A stretch of 64,000 nt of DNA from contig CBDFAU010000001.1 in assembly GCA_965245755.1 (NCBI GenBank), positions 54,854 to 118,853 on the forward strand. The letters are read 5' to 3'. Of the stretch, positions 9,347 to 17,698 are shown in pieces (the first letter of the stretch is position 1; each line of letters begins with the position of its first letter). This DNA is from Streptococcus mitis. Lineage in GTDB: Bacteria > Bacillota > Bacilli > Lactobacillales > Streptococcaceae. The notes beneath the pieces are model-generated. The model saw only the letters and a program-made list of their open reading frames with translations. It was not told where the DNA came from and searched no databases. A program made the translations under genes and the position numbers.

Positions 9347-9379
9347 TGGAACTCTTTGGAACTTTTAAAGTGATATTAT
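9338..9379 (+). promoter_or_regulatory. Three phased TGGAAC(T) direct repeats plus a TATTAT -10-like hexamer; candidate late promoter/activator site
   Basis: TGGAAC at 9338, 9347 and 9357 (9-10 nt spacing) and TATTAT at 9374-9379. No canonical -35 at proper spacing. Confidence 0.35.
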
Positions 9380-9503
9380 GGTATTGTCAGCAAGTACGGT
9401 AAAGCGGACTGATGACTCCTTTAATGTTTAACGGTATCAGGGCGGGGGTAAGCTGGTGATCTCCTCTTTGTGTTATTTAGTTCAATCCCTGGTGCCGTTA
9501 TTT

Positions 9504-9574
9504 AGATTTTTAGTGTAGTGGTAACACAACAGTCTCCAAAACTGTTATCGTGGGTTCGATTCCTGCAAAGTCTG
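9504..9574 (+). tRNA. Phage-encoded tRNA-Trp (anticodon CCA)
   Basis: Manual cloverleaf fold. Acceptor stem AGATTTT/AAAGTCT (7 bp, 1 GU). D arm GTGT-AGTGGTA-ACAC. Anticodon arm ACAGT-CTCCAAA-ACTGT with U33 and A37. 4-nt variable loop. T arm GTGGG-TTCGATT-CCTGC. Discriminator G. No encoded CCA. Confidence 0.75.
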
Positions 9575-9592
9575 TGAGAGGTTTTGTATCAA

Positions 9593-9620
9593 GTCACACA
9601 TTGTGTGGCTTTTTGTTTTG
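9593..9620 (+). terminator. Rho-independent terminator after the phage tRNA
   Basis: Stem GUCACAC/GUGUGGC (7 bp, 1 GU) with a 3-nt loop, followed by TTTTTGTTTTG. Confidence 0.5.
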
Positions 9621-9643
9621 TAAAAAATGGAGGTGATGGAAAA

Positions 9644-10117
9644 TTGAATGAAAGACAAAGACGATTCGCAGATGAGTACATCATCTCAGGTAATGCTTAT
9701 CAATCAGCTTTAAAAGCAGGATATAGTGAGAAATATGCTAAAGCAAGATCTTCTGAATTGTTGGATAATGTCGGAATTTCTGATTACATCAAAAATCGAA
9801 TGGAGGAGTTGCAAGATGAAAAAATCTTAACTCAAAAACAAATTCTTGTGATGCTGTCAGAAATCGCGTCGGGACAAGCGAAAGAAACAACAGTAGTCAC
9901 GACAAAAGTAGCTGAGTTAATGACTGATCCCGTGACTGGTAAATCTGTAAAAGTTTACAATGAAATCCCTCAACTTGTCGAATACCCAACAAAGAACAGC
10001 GATAGGAATAAAGCTCTTGAATTGTTAGGTAAACGACATAAGATGTGGACAGACAAAGTAGAAGCAGACGTTTCTGGAACGGTGGTGTTTGCGAATGAGT
10101 CAGACATACCAGATTAA
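9644..10117 (+). CDS. Terminase small subunit (Terminase_2/P27 family)
   Basis: TTG start at 9644 after GGAGG at 9629-9633; the ORF-track start at 9584 lies inside the terminator. RRFADEYIISGNAYQSALKAGYSEKYA is the typical family N-terminus. Confidence 0.75.
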   Translation: MNERQRRFADEYIISGNAYQSALKAGYSEKYAKARSSELLDNVGISDYIKNRMEELQDEKILTQKQILVMLSEIASGQAKETTVVTTKVAELMTDPVTGKSVKVYNEIPQLVEYPTKNSDRNKALELLGKRHKMWTDKVEADVSGTVVFANESDIPD

Positions 10118-11393
10118 ACAGAATGATATTGTTGTTAACCTACCTAAGACAGTAGGAGCAGGGTACGGACAGTTTTGGCGCTCAAGAAATCTTTATCGTG
10201 TAGTCAAAGGGTCCCGTGGTTCGAAGAAGTCCAAGACAACTGCATTAAATTACGTTGTACGTCTTTTAAAATATCCCTGGGCAAACTTGCTTGTCATTCG
10301 TAGATATTCGAATACGAACAAGCAATCGACCTATACGGATTTTAAGTGGGCAGCTAACCAACTGAAAGTTGCTCATAAATTTAAATTCAATGAGTCTCTA
10401 CCTGAAATCACTGTTAAAGAGACGGGTCAAAAGATACTATTTCGTGGTTTAGATGATGAACTTAAAATCACATCTATTACGGTCGATGTCGGTAGTCTAT
10501 GCTGGGCATGGTTTGAGGAAGCGTATCAAATCGAAACTGAAGATAAGTTCAGTACAGTAGTTGAGTCAATCCGTGGTAGCTTAGACGTACCTGATTTCTT
10601 TAAACAAATCACAGTCACATTTAACCCGTGGAATGAGAGACACTGGCTCAAACGTGTCTTTTTTGACGAAGAAACGAGACGGGCTGATACATTCGCTACT
10701 ACAACCACTTATAAATGCAACGAGTGGCTGGATGAAGTCGATATCAAGCGTTATGAAGATTTGTATCACACGAACCCAAGACGGGCTAGAATCGTATGTG
10801 ATGGCGAGTGGGGAGTTGCTGAAGGTTTAATCTATGAAAACGTTACTGTCAAGGATTTCGATAAAGATGAACTACTACAAGATCCAGCTTATAAATTATG
10901 TATCGGTCTTGACTTTGGTTTTACTCATGACCCAACCGCTTTATGTTGTTCGCTCATAAACGATACAACGAAAGAGATTTATGTTTTTGACGAAGCGTAT
11001 AAAGTTGGATTGATTACTAAAGAAGTTGCAAAGATGATAAAAGACAAAGGTTATCATCGCTCACGGATTATCGCTGATAGCGCTGAATTACGACTGATTG
11101 AGGAATTAAGGTCAGAACATGGTATAACTCGAATTAAAGAGAGTCGGAAAGGTAAGGATAGTATCATGGCAGGCGTATCCAAATTACAAGGATACGCTAT
11201 TTATGTACATCCGAATTGTGAACATATCATGGATGAATTTTATAGTTACTGCTATCAGCGTGACAAAGAAGGTAATTGGTTGAACAAGCCAGAAGATAAG
11301 AACAATCACTTAATGGACGCACTACGTTATAGTCTTCAATGTATTGAGGGTGGTAAAGCAATCGTCCGCAGACGGTCAGATTTTGGTTTATAG
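10089..11393 (+). CDS. Terminase large subunit (PBSX-type, headful packaging)
   Basis: 434 aa with Walker A-like GSRGSKKSKT and a C-terminal RNaseH-like nuclease region. Placed between the small terminase and the portal. Confidence 0.9.
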   Translation: MRMSQTYQIKQNDIVVNLPKTVGAGYGQFWRSRNLYRVVKGSRGSKKSKTTALNYVVRLLKYPWANLLVIRRYSNTNKQSTYTDFKWAANQLKVAHKFKFNESLPEITVKETGQKILFRGLDDELKITSITVDVGSLCWAWFEEAYQIETEDKFSTVVESIRGSLDVPDFFKQITVTFNPWNERHWLKRVFFDEETRRADTFATTTTYKCNEWLDEVDIKRYEDLYHTNPRRARIVCDGEWGVAEGLIYENVTVKDFDKDELLQDPAYKLCIGLDFGFTHDPTALCCSLINDTTKEIYVFDEAYKVGLITKEVAKMIKDKGYHRSRIIADSAELRLIEELRSEHGITRIKESRKGKDSIMAGVSKLQGYAIYVHPNCEHIMDEFYSYCYQRDKEGNWLNKPEDKNNHLMDALRYSLQCIEGGKAIVRRRSDFGL

Positions 11394-11405
11394 AAAGGTG
11401 GAGAC

Positions 11406-12875
11406 ATGTACAAGTATTTTACTTATCCAAGAGCTAGCTATGATGAAAGCTCTTTGAAGAAAGACTTGATATACAAGTTGATTACAGAGCATGACACGGA
11501 AAGCACGCGCCTTAAGAAGCTTAAAAGCTATTACCTAGGTGAGCATGCTATTTTGAAGCACGAAAGACGCAATCCAAACGCGCCAAACTACAAAACGATA
11601 GCAAATCATGCCAAGGATATCGCAGACACTGCTTCAGGTTACTTCATGGGTAATCCTATCAAGTATAACAACACAGGAGAAAGCGATATTGAAGAGTTAC
11701 TAAAAGCTTTTGACGGTGCAGAGATTGACCAAGTAGACGCCCAGAATGCGTTAAATATGGCTATCTACGGGCGTGCTTATGAATACATTTACGCTAAAGA
11801 GGGGTTGACTGAATTAGACTCAGTTAGCATTGACCCAGAAAATACATTCATCGTTTATGATGATAGTATTGAGCGGAAGCCTTTGTTTGCGGTCTACTAC
11901 TACCAAATAAAGGATGATACAAAAAACTCTATTACGTTTCAAGCAGAGGTATTCACGCAAAATCTACACTACCATTTAATTCTACGCAGTACTTCTATAG
12001 GTACTACACAGAATGAGCATGTAGAAGCGCACAACCTAGGGCAAATCCCAATCATTGAGTATCGCAACAATCACTTTGCTATTGGGGATTATGAGCAACA
12101 AATCAGCTTAATTGACGCTTACAACTCTTTAATGGGTAACCGTGTTAATGATAAGGAGCAGGCAGTAGAGTCTATCCTTGTTTTGTATGGTACACAGCTA
12201 GCAGATACGCCAGAAGACGCTAAAGCCGCTATGAAGATTTTATCGGAAGAAGGGCTTTTGGAATTACAAGAAGAAGGCGCGCGTGCTGAGTTTTTGAAGA
12301 ACACGCTGGATGAAAGTGCTACTGAAATCTTGCGCACAGCTCTGAAAGAGGATATCTACACATTCAGCCATGTGCCTAACTTGACTGATGAGAATTTCGC
12401 AGGCAATACGTCAGGCGTAGCCATGGAATTCAAGCTAATGGGGCTTGAGATGATTACCAAGACCAAGGAAGCGAATTATAAGCGTGGATTACGCCAGCGT
12501 ATTGCGATTTTTGCTCACTATTTAGGACTTAAACAGGTTGCACTAGAAGCGCACTCAATCGTTCCTCAGTTTAGCCGTGGCTTGCCTAAGAACTTACTGG
12601 AAATCTCTCAGATTGTGAACAACTTGGAAGGTAAAGTGACCAACAGGCAGCTTATTTCTCTCTTGCCGTTTGTAGAAGACCCTGACGCTGAACTGGAAGC
12701 ATTGGAAGAAGAGAAAAAGAAGAACATGGAAGACATGCCTATGTTTAACCAAGACAACACGAAACCCGAAGATGAGGTAGCAGATGAAGAATCAGGAGTA
12801 TTGGGCGAAGAGGAAAGCCAATCTGATTTACCAACAGATGGACAAGGCCGAAAAGCAGGCAGACAAGTTCGATAA
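11406..12875 (+). CDS. Portal protein (SPP1 gp6-like)
   Basis: 489 aa in the expected position after the terminase, with an acidic C-terminus. Confidence 0.85.
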   Translation: MYKYFTYPRASYDESSLKKDLIYKLITEHDTESTRLKKLKSYYLGEHAILKHERRNPNAPNYKTIANHAKDIADTASGYFMGNPIKYNNTGESDIEELLKAFDGAEIDQVDAQNALNMAIYGRAYEYIYAKEGLTELDSVSIDPENTFIVYDDSIERKPLFAVYYYQIKDDTKNSITFQAEVFTQNLHYHLILRSTSIGTTQNEHVEAHNLGQIPIIEYRNNHFAIGDYEQQISLIDAYNSLMGNRVNDKEQAVESILVLYGTQLADTPEDAKAAMKILSEEGLLELQEEGARAEFLKNTLDESATEILRTALKEDIYTFSHVPNLTDENFAGNTSGVAMEFKLMGLEMITKTKEANYKRGLRQRIAIFAHYLGLKQVALEAHSIVPQFSRGLPKNLLEISQIVNNLEGKVTNRQLISLLPFVEDPDAELEALEEEKKKNMEDMPMFNQDNTKPEDEVADEESGVLGEEESQSDLPTDGQGRKAGRQVR

Positions 12876-14526
12876 GGTCTATCAAGAAGCTAAGACATAC
12901 TTGGATAAGGAAATCAATAAGATTTTTGATAAGTTCCAACGGGATTATGGCTTAAGTCAGGTAGATGCTAGACAAGTCTTGAAGAACATGAAAGACAAGA
13001 AAGACCTGAATGAACTTCGTAAGGTGCTTGAAGCAAGACCGAATGATCCAAATATCCAAAGGTTACTAGCTGACTTAGACAGCCCAGCTTATTCTTTTCG
13101 TATGAAGCGCTTAGAGCGTTTGAGCGACGATTTAGATCGTATGCGTGAATCTATCTATCATTCGGAGAAGACAGGCTCAGATGCCTTTTATAGCGACCTG
13201 ATGAAGGATAGCTACTACAAGGCTACCTTTGACCTGCAACAGCAGACAGGACTAGCATACGGCTTTTCTGGGCTTCCTGAGAGCGAGATTAAACATCTAC
13301 AGTCTTTTAGTTGGGTAGGAGATGGAAGTACCTACTCAACAAACATCTGGAAGAACACAGGGAAGCTCACTTCTAGCATAAAAGATGAACTGCTCATAAG
13401 CCTCATGACAGGCCGAGATACACGAGAAACTGCACAAGCAATTGCTGAGAGGTTTAATGTAGGTCAGAATGATGCAAGGCGTTTGGTCCGGACGGAATCA
13501 GCCTTTTTTCACAACCAAATGGAACTACTCAGCTATGAAGAAGCAGACATAGAAAAGTATATCTTTGTGGCCGTCTTAGACAAGCGTACATCACGCATTT
13601 GTCAGGAGCATGATAATCAGGTCTATGATAGGGATAAGGCTGTCCCTGGCGTCAATTGTCCGCCTATGCACCCGTGGTGTAGGTCTACTACTGTCGGATA
13701 CGATGAGGACGCAGACTACAGCAAGCTGAAGCGCAGGGCAAGGAATCCAGAAACAGGTAAGACCGAGCTAGTACCTGCTAATATGACTTATAAAGAGTGG
13801 TATAGCAAGTATGTGGATGGTGAGGACGTTGTTAAGGAATCTAAACCAGAAGTGGATGACAAGGTTTTTGTAGCTGACAAACCAAATGAAATAGATGATT
13901 TCTTCAAGAAACAAAAGTCTTATCAAAAATGGTATAATGAGCTTACAGATGACGAAAGAAGCGTTATTTATTCTTACACAACAGAAAACTATCATAATTT
14001 CAACAATATAAAACGCTATGGACTTGATGAAGCTTTAAAAATACGTGAAAAGTTCTGGTTTGAAAACGATGGGGATGCAGCCGATTTACCTTTTGCTTTG
14101 GATATTGTAAAAGATACAGAATCTAACATCCCAATCTTAGAAAAAGCTATTTCAAAATTTGCTCCTGAAAAAAGTTTCAAGGCGTATCGTGGAAGTAGAT
14201 CTATCTCTGCACTCGGCCAAGACTTGGGGTATCTAGATTTTGAAGTTGGTCAATCCATTAAATTAGATAAAACTTTCACTTCATTTAGTTTAGACAAGAA
14301 CTATGCAAAAGAGTTTGCGATAGATGGCGAAGGTGCAGATATCCTATTTGAAGTTACTGTTAGAAAAGGTCAAAAAACAGGAGCGTATATAGCTGAGTTA
14401 GCGGATTTTAATCCTGAAAAAGAATATTTGATGAAACCAAATTTGAAGTATAATATCATCTCAAAAACAGAAGATGAAAATGGGATGATAATTTATGGTT
14501 TGGAGGTGTTAGAAGATGGGATTTGA
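12784..14526 (+). CDS. Head morphogenesis protein (SPP1 gp7/Mu F family) fused to a C-terminal ADP-ribosyltransferase domain
   Basis: The N-terminal part carries RTSRICQEHDN…CPPMHPWCRST, the gp7/Mu-F signature. The C-terminal ~195 aa carries LTDDERSVIYSYTTENYHNFNNIKRYG, AYRGSR, FTSFSL and PEKEYLM in the R / S-x-S / E-x-E order of C3-like ARTs. Confidence 0.8.
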   Translation: MKNQEYWAKRKANLIYQQMDKAEKQADKFDKVYQEAKTYLDKEINKIFDKFQRDYGLSQVDARQVLKNMKDKKDLNELRKVLEARPNDPNIQRLLADLDSPAYSFRMKRLERLSDDLDRMRESIYHSEKTGSDAFYSDLMKDSYYKATFDLQQQTGLAYGFSGLPESEIKHLQSFSWVGDGSTYSTNIWKNTGKLTSSIKDELLISLMTGRDTRETAQAIAERFNVGQNDARRLVRTESAFFHNQMELLSYEEADIEKYIFVAVLDKRTSRICQEHDNQVYDRDKAVPGVNCPPMHPWCRSTTVGYDEDADYSKLKRRARNPETGKTELVPANMTYKEWYSKYVDGEDVVKESKPEVDDKVFVADKPNEIDDFFKKQKSYQKWYNELTDDERSVIYSYTTENYHNFNNIKRYGLDEALKIREKFWFENDGDAADLPFALDIVKDTESNIPILEKAISKFAPEKSFKAYRGSRSISALGQDLGYLDFEVGQSIKLDKTFTSFSLDKNYAKEFAIDGEGADILFEVTVRKGQKTGAYIAELADFNPEKEYLMKPNLKYNIISKTEDENGMIIYGLEVLEDGI

Positions 14527-14851
14527 TAAAGATTTTATAGAAAAGGTTTTTTCTAATGGAGAAGATAGAGTTAATCGAGCGATTTATGTAAAACCCGAAG
14601 AACTTATTGAAATATCTGATGAAGATTTGAGTTATTTTGGTGAGGGTATTTTTTGTTGTCTTCCTCGTAATCAGTACATAATGAATCATAAAGATGAAAT
14701 TAGAAAAAAATATAAACTTTCTCCAAAGATGCCAAAGATAAATGGCATCTATTTAGGGAGTTTGGTAAAAATGAGGTCATGGACAAGAATTTGGAAAACA
14801 AATCCAAGTTTAAAGGGAATAATCGAATTGACAAAAAAAGAAAGCGCCTAG
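14516..14851 (+). CDS. Hypothetical protein, translationally coupled to the ART-fusion gene
   Basis: The ATG lies inside the last codons of the upstream gene (11-nt overlap). 111 aa with no recognised motif, in an AT-rich segment. Confidence 0.5.
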   Translation: MGFDKDFIEKVFSNGEDRVNRAIYVKPEELIEISDEDLSYFGEGIFCCLPRNQYIMNHKDEIRKKYKLSPKMPKINGIYLGSLVKMRSWTRIWKTNPSLKGIIELTKKESA

Positions 14852-14893
14852 AGAAATCTAAGTGCTTTTTTCGTGCCCAGAAAGGAAATTTTA

Positions 14894-15181
14894 ATGAACA
14901 AGTATAAAAAATTGATAGAATTGATTGAAGATAACGGACTTGAAATACAATCGAAGGAATGTTACGACTCACAGAGTGCTTGGCATGGTGAGGAGTTATG
15001 GATTGTTGATAAGAAGAAACAAAATAAAATTTTTGATTTATCGGTTAACGGTTATTGTTTTGACGACAAATCGGTTGATAAAGCTATTGAAGAAGTTGAA
15101 AAGTATTTGTCTCTTAAAAACATGAATACTTTTGATGATTTCAAAGAATGGGTGGAAAAGAATGCTAAGCCTCAAAAATGA
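14894..15181 (+). CDS. Hypothetical moron protein
   Basis: ATG at 14894 after AAAGGAAA; the ORF-track start at 14873 has no RBS. 95 aa, acidic. Confidence 0.45.
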   Translation: MNKYKKLIELIEDNGLEIQSKECYDSQSAWHGEELWIVDKKKQNKIFDLSVNGYCFDDKSVDKAIEEVEKYLSLKNMNTFDDFKEWVEKNAKPQK

Positions 15182-15201
15182 GGCTCAGAAAGGAGTAAAA
15201 C

Positions 15202-15312
15202 ATGTTCATTTGGGATTGGGTATCAATCGCTTTCGGGTGGTTGGTATTTTTGTTTTTGATGCTGTTTATCATAGCATTTGTAAAACAAGTAATCAAAGAA
15301 ATTAAACTATAA
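15202..15312 (+). CDS. 36-aa hydrophobic membrane peptide (below the ORF-track size cutoff)
   Basis: RBS AAAGGAG 7 nt upstream of the ATG. MFIWDWVSIAFGWLVFLFLMLFIIAFVKQVIKEIKL forms one TM-length hydrophobic stretch with a basic tail. Followed directly by a terminator. Confidence 0.4.
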   Translation: MFIWDWVSIAFGWLVFLFLMLFIIAFVKQVIKEIKL

Positions 15313-15318
15313 AAACCT

Positions 15319-15346
15319 AACCGTATGGAATCCCGTACGGTTTTTA
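15319..15346 (+). terminator. Rho-independent terminator closing the moron cassette
   Basis: 10-bp stem AACCGUAUGG/CCGUACGGUU with loop AAUC, then a T-run. Confidence 0.65.
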
Positions 15347-15422
15347 TATTGTCCAAGCATTGAAGACACTAAAAGCTATGGAAATTACAGTCGGGGACGA
15401 CTTTAAAAATAGGAGGTTCGCA

Positions 15423-15992
15423 ATGAACGAAGAAACACAAACAGTCGAAACGGTTGAAGAACAAAAGGTACCTGCAGAACCTGCACAACAACCGCAAGAC
15501 GAGAAGAAGTACACGGATGCAGATGTCGATGCTATCATCGATAAGAAATTTGCCAAGTGGAAATCAGAGCAAGAAGCCAAGGAAAACGAAGCTAAGAAAC
15601 TTGCCAAGATGAACGCTGACGAGAAACAGAAATATCAGTTGGATCAGCGTGAGCAAGAATTGACTGACCGTGAAAAGGCTATTGCTCGCAAGGAATTGAC
15701 CGCAGAAGCTAAAGCAATGCTAAGTGAACGTGACTTACCTGTTGAATTAGTGAATGTGGTTGATTTGACAAGCGCAGAGACTGTATCTGAATCTATTACC
15801 TCTATCCAAAAAACATGGGAAGAGTCAGTTCAGAAGGGAGTTTCTGAGCGTATGAAAGGTAGTGCGCCTATCAAGACTGCGCCACAACAATCAACAGGGC
15901 TCTCAAGAGCTCAATTTTTCCAAATGAGTCACTCGGAGAAGGCTGCATTAAAGCAGTCAAATCCTGAATTGTATAACTCATTTTTGAATTAA
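15423..15992 (+). CDS. Capsid scaffolding protein (DUF4355-like)
   Basis: ATG at 15423 after AGGAGG. Highly charged, coiled-coil-like, and immediately upstream of the major capsid gene. Confidence 0.7.
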   Translation: MNEETQTVETVEEQKVPAEPAQQPQDEKKYTDADVDAIIDKKFAKWKSEQEAKENEAKKLAKMNADEKQKYQLDQREQELTDREKAIARKELTAEAKAMLSERDLPVELVNVVDLTSAETVSESITSIQKTWEESVQKGVSERMKGSAPIKTAPQQSTGLSRAQFFQMSHSEKAALKQSNPELYNSFLN

Positions 15993-16013
15993 TTAAAAAG
16001 GGGAATTTAAAAT

Positions 16014-16868
16014 ATGACACAAACCAAAATCGCAAATCTCGTGAATCCTGAAGTGATGGGAGACATGATCGCAGCTAAACTACCAAAGAAATTGCAAGTG
16101 ATTCCATTTGCAGCTATCGACCGCACGCTTGAAGGCGTGCCAGGAGACACAATCACAGTACCATCTTACACATACATCGGTGATGCCGAAGATGTAAACG
16201 AAGGTGTGGAAGCTGGTGTTGTAGTTCTTGGCACATCTACTAAGAAGGCTACAATCAAGAAGGCTATGAAAGCCGTTGAGTTGACAGACGAAGCTGTTCT
16301 CTCAGGTTATGGTAACCCAGTAGGAAACGCAGAAAACCAACTCGCACTTTCAATCGCATCTAAAATTGATAACGATGCAATGGACGCTCTTTTAAAAACA
16401 AATACTCGTAAATTTGACTCAAAAACAAAAGCAATCAGCTACGATGTAATCGTGGATGCTATTGATTTGTTTGAAGAAGAAGTCAATACTGAAAAAGTAA
16501 TGTTTGTCAATCCAAAACAACTCACAACATTGCGTAAAGACCCTAACTTCATTTCAGCAGATAAATATCCAAACCAAGTCGTCATGACTGGCGAAATCGG
16601 TACAATCGCTAACACTCGCATCGTTCCTACTAAAAAGGTTACTCTCGACACAACTAGCGCATTCTATACTTGCCCAATCATCAAGCTCACTCATGATGAC
16701 GAAACTGAACAAGACACTGCAGCATTGACAGTCTATCTCAAACGCGATCCAAACGTCGAAGTAGACCGTAAATCATTGAAACGCTCTACCGAAATCTCAA
16801 TCGACGAATTCTACACAGTAGCTGTTTCAGACGATTCTAAAGTCGTGCTTGCAGAAATCAAGAAATAG
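16014..16868 (+). CDS. Major capsid protein
   Basis: 284 aa, RBS AAAGGGGA, positioned after the scaffold gene. Codon usage looks highly expressed. Confidence 0.8.
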   Translation: MTQTKIANLVNPEVMGDMIAAKLPKKLQVIPFAAIDRTLEGVPGDTITVPSYTYIGDAEDVNEGVEAGVVVLGTSTKKATIKKAMKAVELTDEAVLSGYGNPVGNAENQLALSIASKIDNDAMDALLKTNTRKFDSKTKAISYDVIVDAIDLFEEEVNTEKVMFVNPKQLTTLRKDPNFISADKYPNQVVMTGEIGTIANTRIVPTKKVTLDTTSAFYTCPIIKLTHDDETEQDTAALTVYLKRDPNVEVDRKSLKRSTEISIDEFYTVAVSDDSKVVLAEIKK

Positions 16869-16877
16869 GTCTGAGCT

Positions 16878-17066
16878 ATGAAATTTAAAATCAAACAAGA
16901 TTTCTATGATTGGAAATCAAATGTGAAACGACTGGCAGGAGAGGAACTTGAGATTACTGAGGAACGCTATGCTGAGTTGGCTAACAATTTTGCCAGCAAT
17001 GGTGTCGCTATCGCAGATGTTCTTGAGGAACTCTTCCCTGAACATGAATTCTTAGAAGAGGATTGA
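16878..17066 (+). CDS. Hypothetical small head-associated protein
   Basis: 62-aa acidic ORF packed between the capsid and connector genes. Confidence 0.45.
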   Translation: MKFKIKQDFYDWKSNVKRLAGEELEITEERYAELANNFASNGVAIADVLEELFPEHEFLEED

Positions 17067-17067
17067 T

Positions 17068-17379
17068 ATGTCTATAGAGCTGCTGAAGAAATTAACAGGC
17101 GAAGAAGATACTCAGCTTCTCATGTTGCTCCAAACGAGGGCTACAAATCTTATCTTGTCAGAGACTAATCGCACATCTTTGACACCAGCTTTAAGTCTCT
17201 TAATACCTGAGGTTGCTATCGAGCTCCACAATCGCTCAGGAGCGGAAGGAGAGCATTCTAGAACCGAAGGTGGTATAGCAGTAGTCTACGGAGAGAACGG
17301 CCTGTCTACGGGCCTTTTACAGCGTATTCGGATGCATAGACTAGCAAGGGTGGCAGGCCATGTTTTTGAAGAAGAGTAG
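17068..17379 (+). CDS. Head-tail connector protein (gp6-like)
   Basis: 103 aa; size and position are typical. Confidence 0.6.
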   Translation: MSIELLKKLTGEEDTQLLMLLQTRATNLILSETNRTSLTPALSLLIPEVAIELHNRSGAEGEHSRTEGGIAVVYGENGLSTGLLQRIRMHRLARVAGHVFEEE

Positions 17380-17698
17380 ATTGAAACCTTACCCAATGCG
17401 ACGGTTTGAAAAGACTGTCACTGAGGAAGGAGTTGCAAAAGAAGGATATGCCAAGGAAGCTGAGACAGTCCGTCTTGAATTGTGGCCAGCTAGTAGCAAA
17501 CTACAATCTGAATTGTACGGCGAGCGTGTCAATGATATTTTGAACGCAAACGCCAACAAATCAGCTACTATCAAAGTGAAAGATGGTGTGTGTATCGATA
17601 GCCAGACGGAAGTGACTCACAGGGTTATTTCTAAAAAGGTCTACACACATCATCAAGTTTTGGAGTTAGAACGTGTCAGAGCTACGAGGGGCAGATAG
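17360..17698 (+). CDS. Head closure / head-tail adaptor protein
   Basis: 112 aa, overlapping its neighbours. Called on position. Confidence 0.55.
   Translation: MFLKKSRLKPYPMRRFEKTVTEEGVAKEGYAKEAETVRLELWPASSKLQSELYGERVNDILNANANKSATIKVKDGVCIDSQTEVTHRVISKKVYTHHQVLELERVRATRGR

Noticed and set aside
9429-9500. Possible second tRNA upstream of tRNA-Trp
   Set aside because: A 7-bp terminal stem, a tRNA-like length and a TTCAATC motif are present. However, no acceptable D arm, anticodon arm or T stem could be folded. It is kept only as a structured element.
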